IMG/VR virus record: IMGVR_UViG_3300035180_000343
Coordinates: 32,001 to 96,000 of that record
Length of the DNA stretch: 64,000 bases
DNA from: a virus
Reading direction: 5' to 3' (one strand)
Both the position numbers and the translations under genes were made by a program. Below the pieces are notes generated by a model. That model saw only the letters and a list, made by a program, of their open reading frames with translations, had not been told where the DNA came from and did no database searches. Shown piece by piece: positions 38,779-47,944 of this stretch (its first letter is position 1; each line of letters begins with the position of its first letter).

Positions 38779-39212
38779 TAGAAGTCGACTTCAACACCGC
38801 TTTCATTAAACATGGTGGCTGCTACTTCAAAACTGTCGGCCCACCGACCGTCTATCTCGGGTAAAGGGGCGATAACTTTAGTAATTCCTGCCTGGATGAT
38901 TAGTTTAGCGCATTCCGCGCATGGATGGAGCGCACTGACAATAAGTGTCCCACCTGCAACGGATATTCCTGAGCGTGCGGCAGTTGCTATCGCATTGGCC
39001 TCAGCGTGAATAACATACTTCAGCTTTGTAGCTCTGTCATTCAGTCTTGCATCGGTATCCTCCACCCCAACGGGGAATCCATTATACCCGATGCTTAATA
39101 TGCGATTCGCTTCGTTGACAATACAGCACCCGACCTTGGTACTTGGGTCTTTTGACCATGATCCTACCAAATGTGCCAGGTCCACAAATTTTGATTGCCA
39201 TGATGGTTTCAT
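38775..39212 (-). CDS. dCMP deaminase
   Basis: WSKDPSTKVGC, GYNGFP, HAEANAI, PCAECAK; likely start ATG 39212. Confidence 0.93.
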   Translation of the reverse strand: MKPSWQSKFVDLAHLVGSWSKDPSTKVGCCIVNEANRILSIGYNGFPVGVEDTDARLNDRATKLKYVIHAEANAIATAARSGISVAGGTLIVSALHPCAECAKLIIQAGITKVIAPLPEIDGRWADSFEVAATMFNESGVEVDFY

Positions 39213-39300
39213 TCGCCTGTTCCAACGCCGATAAACCAACCAAGAAACAGGGAAACTGGTATCGACAAGAGAAACCAGAACAATAGTGCGAGCAAGTAAT

Positions 39301-39570
39301 TCATTTCGTTCTCCTTTCACTTCGGCGCACAGGCTCGTATGTCACATCGAAAATATCCGGCTTACAGGGATATAACTCACCTTTGACACCCCGAATTATC
39401 CAATCCCCGATGTTTGCTTTCATCGTTCCTTCCAAGGTTACGATGTAAAGCCCTTCAGGACGGTTTCTAATTTCTCGCGTACCTCCCATGTTCATAATCC
39501 GCTCAACGCTTTCATTAGTCCCATCGTAGCATTCTGCTTCAATTACAACCGGCTTCTTTCTAAATTTCAT
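39301..39570 (-). CDS. Conserved phage hypothetical (MKFRKKPVVIEA..GELYPCKPDIF)
   Basis: Widespread small phage family motif. Confidence 0.75.
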   Translation of the reverse strand: MKFRKKPVVIEAECYDGTNESVERIMNMGGTREIRNRPEGLYIVTLEGTMKANIGDWIIRGVKGELYPCKPDIFDVTYEPVRRSERRTK

Positions 39571-39606
39571 GATTTTTAGTTTTCCTTTGTTGTTTATATC
39601 TTCGCG

Positions 39607-39939
39607 TCAGGCACCAGTCGCTTTCGACCCCATTAACGCTGCAAGCGTGTCCGATGTCATCGCGTCAGTGTTGCGCCCCTTGTCCAAATACATCAGTGTC
39701 AGTCTCCGTACAGCGGTCAGTGCCTCCACCTCGGTCAGCCCGGCAAGGCCGCCGCAGTGCGCAAGGTCTGCGATCTGCTTTAGCGTATTCTCTTCCTCCG
39801 CCACGTCGGTTTCTCGACGCGTTCTCAGTTCGCGCAGCCATCGCACAAGCTCCGCATGCTCATTTCCACAGTCCGTACCGCGGCACTTGTAAGCCTGCGC
39901 ATCTGCATGTGCTATCGCTTCGTCAATTGTCATATTCAT
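39607..39939 (-). CDS. Hypothetical protein (GC-richer accessory block)
   Basis: MTIDEAIAHA..C..EH..L..WL.EL motif. Confidence 0.6.
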   Translation of the reverse strand: MNMTIDEAIAHADAQAYKCRGTDCGNEHAELVRWLRELRTRRETDVAEEENTLKQIADLAHCGGLAGLTEVEALTAVRRLTLMYLDKGRNTDAMTSDTLAALMGSKATGA

Positions 39940-40084
39940 GTCTCCGTAGTGTGTTCTAACCCAACAGTCGATGTGGACGTCTGAGCAATGAAGCTGTTAC
40001 AAGGCCAGTGACTTCTATGTTAGAGCACTCGCGTATACCCACGGCGCAATTGTGCGCCCCGTCGTGGTTATTCCATTCTCCTTT

Positions 40085-40675
40085 CTACCCATCAATACGC
40101 TTGAACTCAATATGAGTTCCATTGCCACCGACCTCTATTACATATCTAGGGATAGTACTTCCTTCGGGAATCTCATCAAATTCCGGTGACAGAGCCGTGT
40201 ATTCAATTGCATCGGTATAGTACATCGTTTCACACCGAATAACAATACAGCGCCCCATGATAGATCTGACTATATCGGGGCGCTCTTCTATTAGTTTACG
40301 GCTTATCTCGAAACGGCCTACTCGTCTGTTCTCATTCGTCTGAGTTATTTTTCCATGTTCGTCATTCGTCGGGGCGGCGGACAATTCTTCTGCGTTATCG
40401 GATGGCTTTAAATGTACTGTCATTTGTGAACTATCTAAGGCAGTGCACTTCAGCACATCGACTCCAGAACGTACAGAGTAATCAGCGCCACCACTAGACC
40501 ATGAGTTAGTAATGGTTATAGTATTAATCATGTCGCTTACTTGATCACAATCATCACTACCTTGCTTCCAGTCACAGGAGTCACACTCCCACTTGCCGTT
40601 GCGCTCTTTAATGTTTCCACCACAGGCACATGGGAAACTAGGTTCTTTATCTTCCGGTATGCTATCGAACGCCAT
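40085..40675 (-). CDS. Hypothetical protein with N-terminal Zn ribbon
   Basis: CACGG..WECDSC; mosaic-looking. Confidence 0.55.
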   Translation of the reverse strand: MAFDSIPEDKEPSFPCACGGNIKERNGKWECDSCDWKQGSDDCDQVSDMINTITITNSWSSGGADYSVRSGVDVLKCTALDSSQMTVHLKPSDNAEELSAAPTNDEHGKITQTNENRRVGRFEISRKLIEERPDIVRSIMGRCIVIRCETMYYTDAIEYTALSPEFDEIPEGSTIPRYVIEVGGNGTHIEFKRIDG

Positions 40676-40692
40676 TTAGTTCTCCTTGTTGT

Positions 40693-40902
40693 TCATATCT
40701 TCGCACCAGGCCATTGTCCGATGTCTCGGTGCAACTGCTCCAGCTCGCCGTCCCACGGAACGAACGCACGTACACTGTCATTCATTCCCCACTCTTTGCC
40801 ACATCGCGTACAACCAACCTTCCGGCTTGTCTGGCTGAAAACCCGTTGCACCACGTAGCGATGTCCAAACAGCGCGCAAATTAGTTTCTTAAGCACTTTC
40901 AT
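40693..40902 (-). CDS. Hypothetical protein (DUF1660-like)
   Basis: LICALFGHRY..CTRCGK. Confidence 0.6.
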   Translation of the reverse strand: MKVLKKLICALFGHRYVVQRVFSQTSRKVGCTRCGKEWGMNDSVRAFVPWDGELEQLHRDIGQWPGAKI

Positions 40903-41330
40903 CATTCTTTATGTTTGCCGCTGCCAATTCCAAGCCCCTCGTTAATCGTATCTAACGCGCGTACTACTGCATCAAGCATGCTAATGATGTCGCCTAGTAA
41001 TTTTTCAGAACTTCGGGAGGGTTCTTCAATATCTGACTTCACTGAGTTGTTCGGATATGACACGTCAGGTAGCTTAATCTCAACTGGCTTGCGGGTTTCA
41101 AATCCGCAGCATCGACCGACCAGATCAATTTTTCCGCATTGGGTGCACCTCCACATAACTTGTACTTTGTCACATGGTTGATCATTACTCAGCCAACGTT
41201 TAATGCCGTCCGATCCTACGTACCATTTCGGTGTTCCGGCAAATTCTGTTTTATTTACGCCGTACTTATCCAGTACGGCCTGCAAGTCATTTGTGAATGC
41301 CTGTGTTACTTGTTCCTTTGTCTGCATCAT
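40902..41330 (-). CDS. Hypothetical early protein
   Basis: First ORF downstream of the early promoter at 41360-41388. Confidence 0.55.
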   Translation of the reverse strand: MMQTKEQVTQAFTNDLQAVLDKYGVNKTEFAGTPKWYVGSDGIKRWLSNDQPCDKVQVMWRCTQCGKIDLVGRCCGFETRKPVEIKLPDVSYPNNSVKSDIEEPSRSSEKLLGDIISMLDAVVRALDTINEGLGIGSGKHKE

Positions 41331-41359
41331 TTTGTTCTCTGTTTATGCATTATGAACAA

Positions 41360-41388
41360 ATTATATAAGAAGACCGAAAGAATGTCAA
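41360..41388 (-). promoter_or_regulatory. Early sigma70-type promoter TTGACA-17-TATAAT
   Basis: Perfect consensus. Confidence 0.85.
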
Positions 41389-41567
41389 GACTTTTTCTGA
41401 ATTTTGTTCTTCAGAATCCACTTGTCTCCAAGTGTTTCAATTGCTTTTAATCGTTTCTGTTCAAGTCTATCGGCAGCATCTTCGTCGACTTTGATACGTT
41501 TAACTGAAATGTATTCTTCATCGTCGATAGCAGAAGCAGAGAAAAGATTCCTGAAAAAGTTAAACAT
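41385..41567 (-). CDS. Hypothetical protein
   Basis: TAATG-coupled to the PRTase. Confidence 0.55.
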   Translation of the reverse strand: MFNFFRNLFSASAIDDEEYISVKRIKVDEDAADRLEQKRLKAIETLGDKWILKNKIQKKS

Positions 41568-42346
41568 TATTCGATTCCTTTAATAATTGCATCACGACCA
41601 CGGCTCATCTTCTTTACGTCTGCCATTGTTGGGTGGAAACCTTGAACTAAAATTGGGTCGTCAAATCGATTTCCAGTAGAAAGCGAAATTAGACAACATA
41701 TCTTAGGAAGAACTTGGGCAAGAATATATTCATTTTCGACTCCATCGTCATCTCTGATATTAACTCTTGAACCCAAAGGAACTTCTTTAAGAAGCTCTGA
41801 CTCTAATTCTTCCCTCCGTTTAATAAGTTCCGAGATCTGATCGTCAATTGTTTCTATCGTTTCCGGCTGCTCGACATATTCGGATTCAAACGGTTGCACT
41901 ATCCATTGATCGATTGGAACATTTTGTTCAACCACGAAATCTGGGGAACATTTAGAATTTTCTTTTTGCCACAATGTTGCGATACGCCAGAAATACAAAT
42001 CAACATATGACTCGATTAAAACTCGCTTAATTTTGTTAAGAGTTTCTCCAGAATCGACAAGATCATCCACTATAAGAAAGTTTGTCTGCCCATTTTTGTT
42101 CATATCTGGCGGAAGTATTAGATCCGAAACCAAGACATTTCCTGTTTTCTTCGTTCCTTCATATGATTTAGCAACGACAAAAATCAATGGAATATTTAAT
42201 GCCTCACTGATTCGATTTGCGACATAATATCCACCTCGCATTACTGCGACTACATGGGTGAACTTATAATTCGAACCTTTGATTTTATCAATCAATTGAT
42301 CGCAAAGTTTATTATACTCATTCCAGCTTACATATCGTTTTTTCAT
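41567..42346 (-). CDS. Type I phosphoribosyltransferase (purine PRTase-like)
   Basis: VVAVMRGG, LIVDDLVDSGETL PRPP loop, WIVQPFE. Confidence 0.88.
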   Translation of the reverse strand: MKKRYVSWNEYNKLCDQLIDKIKGSNYKFTHVVAVMRGGYYVANRISEALNIPLIFVVAKSYEGTKKTGNVLVSDLILPPDMNKNGQTNFLIVDDLVDSGETLNKIKRVLIESYVDLYFWRIATLWQKENSKCSPDFVVEQNVPIDQWIVQPFESEYVEQPETIETIDDQISELIKRREELESELLKEVPLGSRVNIRDDDGVENEYILAQVLPKICCLISLSTGNRFDDPILVQGFHPTMADVKKMSRGRDAIIKGIE

Positions 42347-42381
42347 TTATTTCTCCTTCACTGTTTAACTACTATGGACAA

Positions 42382-42410
42382 ATTATATAAGAAGCCCGGA
42401 AGAATGTCAA
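42382..42410 (-). promoter_or_regulatory. Early sigma70-type promoter TTGACA-17-TATAAT
   Basis: Perfect consensus; leader shared with the copy at 63437. Confidence 0.85.
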
Positions 42411-42423
42411 GAACTTCGTGAGA

Positions 42424-42846
42424 TCAATTGAATTTGGATTGACGATAGAAAAAATGATTCCCAATCACGGCAGTTCGAATCATCTTTTTCGTCCATCCTG
42501 GCCGAACTGTTTGGTTGTGGAAAAATTCTGCACCGTGTGTTGTATCCGAATGCGGCGAATGTAGGAAACGATATGCAATATCCAAGGATTGTTTCCATTC
42601 TGGGTTCTCTGAACTTGGAATGATGGTCGGCGGCACAAAAACTTCATCTTCTCCGACGGGCTTGTGGACGAATCTTGATGTCCAAGAAAATTGTTTCCTC
42701 TCAAAAACAACACCACAGGTTGATTTGTCGGAACTATCTGATCTATTGAATGTTACGTGTGCGATGGCTTCTTTGCCACGAATTGATTCGTGCGATGCCT
42801 CGTAAAAAATGTTCAAAGCAAGACACATGAAAGTGCTAATAATCAT
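42424..42846 (-). CDS. SleB/Hydrolase_2 cell-wall hydrolase
   Basis: CLALNIFYEA..E..G..A.A.V..NR, QFSW, GAEFFH, IGNHFFY. Confidence 0.9.
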   Translation of the reverse strand: MIISTFMCLALNIFYEASHESIRGKEAIAHVTFNRSDSSDKSTCGVVFERKQFSWTSRFVHKPVGEDEVFVPPTIIPSSENPEWKQSLDIAYRFLHSPHSDTTHGAEFFHNQTVRPGWTKKMIRTAVIGNHFFYRQSKFN

Positions 42847-42948
42847 AGCTGGTCTCCTGACAGGGGAATAGAGTGTTTAGTGATCCTTCAGTTAAAATCA
42901 GTTGAAAATGGGAGGAACAAATCCTCCCAGGTTGTGACAAGAATGATA

Positions 42949-43638
42949 CTACTTGAATGCTGGCTCGGAACCATACTTCAGAAAAGCATGTGCTCCAGTT
43001 TCAGAGTTTTTAACTAGAATTGGTTTCTTAGGATAGGAGCTATGATATGCTTTGATTTCTTTTCCGACTGGATGATCGTCTGGGAAAAAGTCTGTCCATC
43101 TCTGACCCTTTTGTCTACCTTTGAAAGCCTTGTTCCAATCTTCTGGAGACAATTCAAACACTTGAGTGTCGAATATCTTTTCTTTTCTATCAACCCAATT
43201 GCGTCGTCTAACCATTCCACCCAATGGAACTCCAACATTCGTCGATGTAGATGACCCATCTCCAACAGAGTTAGCAGCAACATCTTCCATGATTGGTTGA
43301 AGAATTGAATCCAACTTTTCTTCTAGAATCGAAATATCATTCTCAGATACTCCACGTTCCATTAGTTCCTCCTTTAATAGAGCAATTGACGTAAAAAGTG
43401 TTGCAACTCGTGTTTTTCCAAGTGGAACAATTTCTAGCATTCGTTTAATATTGAACACTAATCTATCGAGTAGTGTATAAGCATCTTTTTCTTCGGTTGT
43501 TTTGAGCTCGGAATATTTCCGTAAGACTTTTCCGTTTGCGTCAATAATTCCAAGTTTAAACGCATCAGTCTCGTCCCATTTTTGATTCAACTTTTGAAGA
43601 ATCCTGAACGTAATAATCGAATCGAGAAATCTGCTCAT
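42949..43638 (-). CDS. Conserved T4-like hypothetical protein
   Basis: FRILQKL..W.E.DAFKLGIIDANGK..AYT.LDRLVFNIKR family. Confidence 0.7.
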   Translation of the reverse strand: MSRFLDSIITFRILQKLNQKWDETDAFKLGIIDANGKVLRKYSELKTTEEKDAYTLLDRLVFNIKRMLEIVPLGKTRVATLFTSIALLKEELMERGVSENDISILEEKLDSILQPIMEDVAANSVGDGSSTSTNVGVPLGGMVRRRNWVDRKEKIFDTQVFELSPEDWNKAFKGRQKGQRWTDFFPDDHPVGKEIKAYHSSYPKKPILVKNSETGAHAFLKYGSEPAFK

Positions 43639-44051
43639 CTTGGTCTTTCCTGGGTAAACTCTTCTAGTTTGGCTAACATTCCGAAATCGAATTGTGTTCT
43701 GTCGGGTCGAATTGTTAAAGTTGAATTTATTCGCAATTCATCTGGCATGATTTCAAGCCACGTGAACAAACATGCCAGATGATTTTCTAAATTTCTCGAA
43801 TCTAACAGAAATGTGGATCTAACTACAAAATCAACATCCAAACAATTGCAAGCAATGACTACATTATTGATTGCTAATTTTAAGAATTTTTCATCCCCAC
43901 TCGAAATAAACTTGCTTAGGCTTAGGGAAATTCTCGAAATAGTATCGCAATCTTCTTGAAACGTCCGCATCGACACTGGCTGAACTTTATAAGCCTTTGC
44001 CGCATAAATTTGAAAATTTGATCTAGTCAGCTCCCGATAAGCAGTTGTCAA
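43635..44051 (-). CDS. Conserved T4-like hypothetical protein
   Basis: ELT..NF.IYAAKAY..F.ED..LAINNVVI family. Confidence 0.7.
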   Translation of the reverse strand: MTTAYRELTRSNFQIYAAKAYKVQPVSMRTFQEDCDTISRISLSLSKFISSGDEKFLKLAINNVVIACNCLDVDFVVRSTFLLDSRNLENHLACLFTWLEIMPDELRINSTLTIRPDRTQFDFGMLAKLEEFTQERPR

Positions 44052-44052
44052 T

Positions 44053-44487
44053 TTAGAAGAATTCCTTTAGTTCATCTTCTTCTTCGTTGAAGTCTGCACC
44101 GTCGTCATCCTCTTCGTCATCTTCAACATTTTCGCTTCGAAGAAGAATGGATACGTTATATCCTTGATTAAAGGAAAGTGAGAATTCATACTTCTCATTA
44201 TCTTTATCAAACATATCGATGTCAATTGAGATCAGGTCGTCCCCAATAGTTTCTGCAATTTCAGAATAGAGACCTGAAACCAACTCGTCTCTATTGAGTT
44301 CGACGTCTGGCTCAAGTCCGATTTCTTTAAGAGCATCCATACAAGCCAAAGTAAGATCGACGATTTCTTCTGGGGTCTTGCAATCGAATTCGTCGGAAAC
44401 ATCTGACAATGTATCAATTACTTCCTGTTCATCTTCACCCATCTCGTCGTCGTTGTTGAACATGACTGCGACAATTGCTGACATCAT
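44053..44487 (-). CDS. Acidic hypothetical protein
   Basis: D/E-rich ORF on the coding strand. Confidence 0.6.
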   Translation of the reverse strand: MMSAIVAVMFNNDDEMGEDEQEVIDTLSDVSDEFDCKTPEEIVDLTLACMDALKEIGLEPDVELNRDELVSGLYSEIAETIGDDLISIDIDMFDKDNEKYEFSLSFNQGYNVSILLRSENVEDDEEDDDGADFNEEEDELKEFF

Positions 44488-44493
44488 CTATCC

Positions 44494-44844
44494 TTATTGG
44501 TTTTTTGGTTGATCGTTAGATTCTGGAGCAACTGGAGCAGCCACTTCTGGAGCAACTGGAGCAGCCACTTCTGGAGCCACTGGAGCAGCCACTTCTGGAG
44601 CCACTGGAGCAGCCGCCACTTCTGGAGTCGCATTGGGGTTTGAAGGTTCAACTTTTTCGACTTCAGCTTTAACTTCTTCTACAACCTTTTCAACTTCAGC
44701 TTTAACTTCTTCAACAACTTGTTCCATATACTTTGCCATATCAGGCACAGCTATCAACAGCTCTCCAGTGATACGATGTCTCCATCCTTCTTCAGACTTA
44801 ACTGCATCTTTACACCATTCTGGTGCTTTGTCGTAAATAGACAT
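44494..44844 (-). CDS. Small protein, paralog A, with EVKAEVEKV and VAAPVAPE repeats
   Basis: MSIYDKAPEWCKDAVK..GW.H..TGELLI. Confidence 0.7.
   Translation of the reverse strand: MSIYDKAPEWCKDAVKSEEGWRHRITGELLIAVPDMAKYMEQVVEEVKAEVEKVVEEVKAEVEKVEPSNPNATPEVAAAPVAPEVAAPVAPEVAAPVAPEVAAPVAPESNDQPKNQ
44521..44720. repeat. 24-nt and 33-nt intragenic tandem repeats
   Basis: tggagc(a/c)actggagcagccacttc about x4; ttc(g/a)acttcagctttaacttcttc x2. Confidence 0.9.
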
Positions 44845-44871
44845 ACTTTTCTCCTGATTGATAATTTTGTT

Positions 44872-45126
44872 TTATTTATCTACAACATCCGTTGCTTTTG
44901 GCGTAGACTTCTTAGTTCTTGGTTTCTTAACTACCAGTGGTTTTTCTTCAACAGTCTCAACTACCAGTGGTTTTTCTTCAACAGTCTCGACTGTCTCAAC
45001 TACTTCCATATACTTATCCATTTCTGGAACAGAAATTAAGAGTTCCCCTGTAACATGATGTGCCCACCCTTTAGGTGTCTTGACCGCATTTTTGCACCAA
45101 TGTGGTGCTTCATCATAAACAGACAT
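44872..45126 (-). CDS. Small protein, paralog B, with VETVEEKPLV repeat
   Basis: MSVYDEAPHWCKNAVK..GWAHHVTGELLI; 30-nt duplication. Confidence 0.7.
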   Translation of the reverse strand: MSVYDEAPHWCKNAVKTPKGWAHHVTGELLISVPEMDKYMEVVETVETVEEKPLVVETVEEKPLVVKKPRTKKSTPKATDVVDK

Positions 45127-45226
45127 ACTTTTCTCCTGGCTAATGATTTTGTTTTATTTATCAGATGGCACCGTAAAACCTTGGCCTTTATGTCAGGGAT
45201 ATAAGGCGTGTTTTTAACTTGTTCCA

Positions 45227-45255
45227 AGTATATATTAGTAAAACCATTTTGTCAA
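45227..45255 (-). promoter_or_regulatory. Outward-facing sigma70 promoter in the element left end (TTGACA-17-TATACT)
   Basis: Same arrangement at 53753-53781 (TACACT) and 60858-60886 (TATACT). Confidence 0.7.
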
Positions 45256-45295
45256 GTGCTTTGACAATAATGAGTTCGTCAAAGTTGAACAATTA

Positions 45296-45303
45296 TATAA
45301 ATA
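45296..45303 (+). promoter_or_regulatory. T4 late-promoter consensus TATAAATA just upstream of tnpB
   Basis: Exact in all three copies (also 53821-53828 and 60926-60933), 5-7 nt before the ATG. Confidence 0.65.
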
Positions 45304-45310
45304 TACGTAT

Positions 45311-46579
45311 ATGAAACAATTACTCGCATACAAATATCGGATTTATCCAACAAAGGATCAAGAAATCCTCTTGAGCAAAACCTTTGGTTGTAAGAGAGTA
45401 ATCTTCAACCATTACCTAGAAGTGCAGCAAACCAGATACAAAAACAAAGAACCTCGGTTAAGCAATTTCGACATCAACAAAGACATCACCAAGTTAAAAG
45501 ATGAAAAGGAATGGTTGAGGGAAGTCGATATAAACGCACTACAAGCGGCGGCGGGAGATTTGTCTGTTGCATATGACAATTTCTTCAAGTCGGTTACTGG
45601 TAAGAGAAAAGGTCCGAAGATTTCTCCACCGAAGTTCAAGAACAAAAATTCTAGACAGTCGTATAGGACTCGTAATGTTCGCGTCAATGAAGACGGTTCT
45701 TTACAGATACCAAAACTAAAGTCAGTCAAAGCAGCCATCCACAGAGAAATTCCAGAAGGATCGATAATTAAATCGGCGACCATATCAAGGAACCCAGATG
45801 GAAGATATTACGCATCAATATTAGTTGAAACAGAAGTAGCATTGCAGCCAATGACAGGTAAAGAAGTCGGTTGCGATTTAGGTCTCAAGGATTTGTTAAT
45901 CACTTCAAGTGGTATAAAATTCAAAAGACCCGATGATTTACCAAACATTGCGAGAACCAAGCAATTGTTGAAGTTGAAGCAAAGACAGTTCGCAAGAACC
46001 GTTAAAGGTAGCAAAAATCACGAATCGTTAAGACTTCAAGTAGCACGACTTTATTCGAAGAGCACAAGACAAAGAAATGAATATTATCATCTAGTTAGCA
46101 GATACTTGGTTGATAATTACGATTCTATCTACGTCGAAGACTTGTCGAGTAAAAATATGTTACAGAATAGGAAGTTGAGTCGAGCGATTCATGAAGTGGC
46201 TTGGACAACTTTGTCCAATATGATTTCATATAAATCATCTTGGGCTGGTAAAACTTATCATCAAATCGATCGTTGGTATCCAAGTAGCAAGACCTGTAGC
46301 TCTTGTGGTCATAAGCTCGAGAAACTTGATCTTGGCACTAGAGAATGGACTTGTCCGTCTTGTGGAACTCATCATGATCGTGATTTAAATGCTGCTATGA
46401 ACATTCTTCATGTCGGTCAAGCCGACTGCTACGGAGAAGAAATGAAGTCGCAAGCAACAGGCGACTTGGGACTAGAGATCCCAGTGGCCCTACAGAAAAT
46501 GACCATTAAAATCGAGAGATCCAACGCTACGTTGGTTGGTCATGGGAGTGGGCAAGCTACGTCCTTTAGGGCGTGGTAG
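45311..46579 (+). CDS. tnpB: RNA-guided endonuclease TnpB, copy 1
   Basis: HTH YKYRIYPT..FG; RuvC GCDLGLK / VEDL / DRDLNAA all intact; CSSC..CPSC Zn finger. Confidence 0.96.
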   Translation: MKQLLAYKYRIYPTKDQEILLSKTFGCKRVIFNHYLEVQQTRYKNKEPRLSNFDINKDITKLKDEKEWLREVDINALQAAAGDLSVAYDNFFKSVTGKRKGPKISPPKFKNKNSRQSYRTRNVRVNEDGSLQIPKLKSVKAAIHREIPEGSIIKSATISRNPDGRYYASILVETEVALQPMTGKEVGCDLGLKDLLITSSGIKFKRPDDLPNIARTKQLLKLKQRQFARTVKGSKNHESLRLQVARLYSKSTRQRNEYYHLVSRYLVDNYDSIYVEDLSSKNMLQNRKLSRAIHEVAWTTLSNMISYKSSWAGKTYHQIDRWYPSSKTCSSCGHKLEKLDLGTREWTCPSCGTHHDRDLNAAMNILHVGQADCYGEEMKSQATGDLGLEIPVALQKMTIKIERSNATLVGHGSGQATSFRAW

Positions 46580-46604
46580 TTGACCATAAATTGACATTTT
46601 GATT
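46430..46604 (+). ncRNA. Putative omegaRNA (scaffold in the tnpB 3' end, guide from the right flank); equivalents in copies 2 and 3
   Basis: Conserved 3' segment in all copies ending at gtagttgac; established TnpB architecture; 5' boundary approximate. Confidence 0.6.
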
Positions 46605-46615
46605 CTCCTATATCT

Positions 46616-47443
46616 TCAATGTTTTTTCGGTTTAGCAGTTTCCATCCGCTTAAGAGTTGTTTGCCACAACTTTCTAAACTTCCCACGAACAACTCCACCT
46701 CTAGCAAACGACAAGATTTGCTTTGACGCAAACCGATTCGACGATGACGTAGATTTCGATTTATCCCAAATTTGCTTCAATGATTTATATGGCAACCCAG
46801 TTATTTTTACAAGTTTTGCTACTTCTGGATTTGTTCGTCCTTCTTCAATGAAATCTCCGTCTATCGAATCTTGAACCATCTCGTCAATTAAATCCGCAAG
46901 CGCCAATTCATTTTCTTCTAGAATTGTCCGGAGTTCTTCAAAGAGTTTCTTAGCAGATGTAGCAGTCGCCGTCGACGGACACATCGACTTAAATAACTGG
47001 AAATTATTTGTTTTGACTGCTTCTCTTGATTTGGTTGCGCTAACGTCTTCGTCTGTTCTTGGGGACTGGATGATTTCAACTTTTGTAAATCCTTTGTCAG
47101 TGGCCCACTTTTCAAGACTCTTAGCATAACCACCAGTAGCTTGATCTTCACCAACAACTATATATAATTGGGTATATCCGAGTTCTTTTAACGCTGTTAC
47201 CATTTTAAATGGATCTCGGATTTTATCGTTTTCAATGACTGTTATGTTTTTAAAGAATGTCTTGACCCATTTGACCTTGGAATTGAAATCCAATGGATTT
47301 TTCTTGTTATCTTGTGTATGCGAAAGACAAAGTATTGGATCCCCGTTGACTTTCTTTGCAGTCTCGACCGCAAGATTTACAAGTTTTTCGTGTCCGGATG
47401 TCGGGGGATTAAACCTCCCAAAGATTGCAACTGCTGTTTTCAT
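46616..47443 (-). CDS. HIGH-family nucleotidyl/cytidylyltransferase
   Basis: AIFGRFNPPTSGHEKL, LSHTQD.KKNPL, VVGEDQ, SATK.R. Confidence 0.88.
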   Translation of the reverse strand: MKTAVAIFGRFNPPTSGHEKLVNLAVETAKKVNGDPILCLSHTQDNKKNPLDFNSKVKWVKTFFKNITVIENDKIRDPFKMVTALKELGYTQLYIVVGEDQATGGYAKSLEKWATDKGFTKVEIIQSPRTDEDVSATKSREAVKTNNFQLFKSMCPSTATATSAKKLFEELRTILEENELALADLIDEMVQDSIDGDFIEEGRTNPEVAKLVKITGLPYKSLKQIWDKSKSTSSSNRFASKQILSFARGGVVRGKFRKLWQTTLKRMETAKPKKH

Positions 47444-47943
47444 TGTTCCAGTTCCGAGTAAAGAAGTCTAGGTCTAAACGAAAAACTATCGACCCCAACA
47501 TCTAAGAGTTTCCTATGTGTTTTGGTATTTGTGCCATGGCAATGACCATGCAAAAACAAATCAATTTCATCCCCAATCTTTTCAATATCTTTTGGATCGA
47601 TTGGACGATGTGACATGAAGAATGTGTTACCACCAACTTCTATTGTTGCACAATCCTGAATCTCAACCCATTCTAAATCAAGTGTTTTCTTCTTATCATG
47701 GTTCCCGATAATAAGAACCTTTTGTCCGTTCAATCTAGAAAATATTTCGGAATTCAGTTCGGTAGAAATTCCACATGAAAAATCCCCTAGATGAAACACC
47801 AGATCATCTGGTGATATCGATTCATTCCATCGTTGGATCATAGTTTCGTTCATTTCTTCCGATGTTTCGAATGGACGATTGCAGTATTTAATGATATTCC
47901 GATGCCCAAAATGTGTATCCGACGTAACCCAAATTTTACTCAT
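47440..47943 (-). CDS. Calcineurin-like metallophosphoesterase
   Basis: TSDTHFGH, HLGDF, GNHD, LHGHCH, DVGVD. Confidence 0.92.
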   Translation of the reverse strand: MSKIWVTSDTHFGHRNIIKYCNRPFETSEEMNETMIQRWNESISPDDLVFHLGDFSCGISTELNSEIFSRLNGQKVLIIGNHDKKKTLDLEWVEIQDCATIEVGGNTFFMSHRPIDPKDIEKIGDEIDLFLHGHCHGTNTKTHRKLLDVGVDSFSFRPRLLYSELEQ

Positions 47944-47944
47944 C

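Larger units (their letters stand above)
45165..46584 (+). mobile_element. tnpB-only IS200/IS605-family element, copy 1
   Basis: Left end atggcaccgtaaaaccttggcc..ggatataaggcg and right end cctttagggcgtggtagttgac are shared with the other copies; no tnpA. Confidence 0.92.

Noticed and set aside
44521-44720. 24-nt and 33-nt repeats as a CRISPR array or VNTR regulatory element
   Set aside because: No spacers; lengths are multiples of three and encode low-complexity peptide tails.
46585-46604. TnpB guides retargeted to other loci in the window (regulatory or TldR-like use)
   Set aside because: All three guides are simply the right flank. The only partial matches (paralog starts near 44832 and 45114) have mismatches and lack the inferred TAM, and the RuvC residues are intact.
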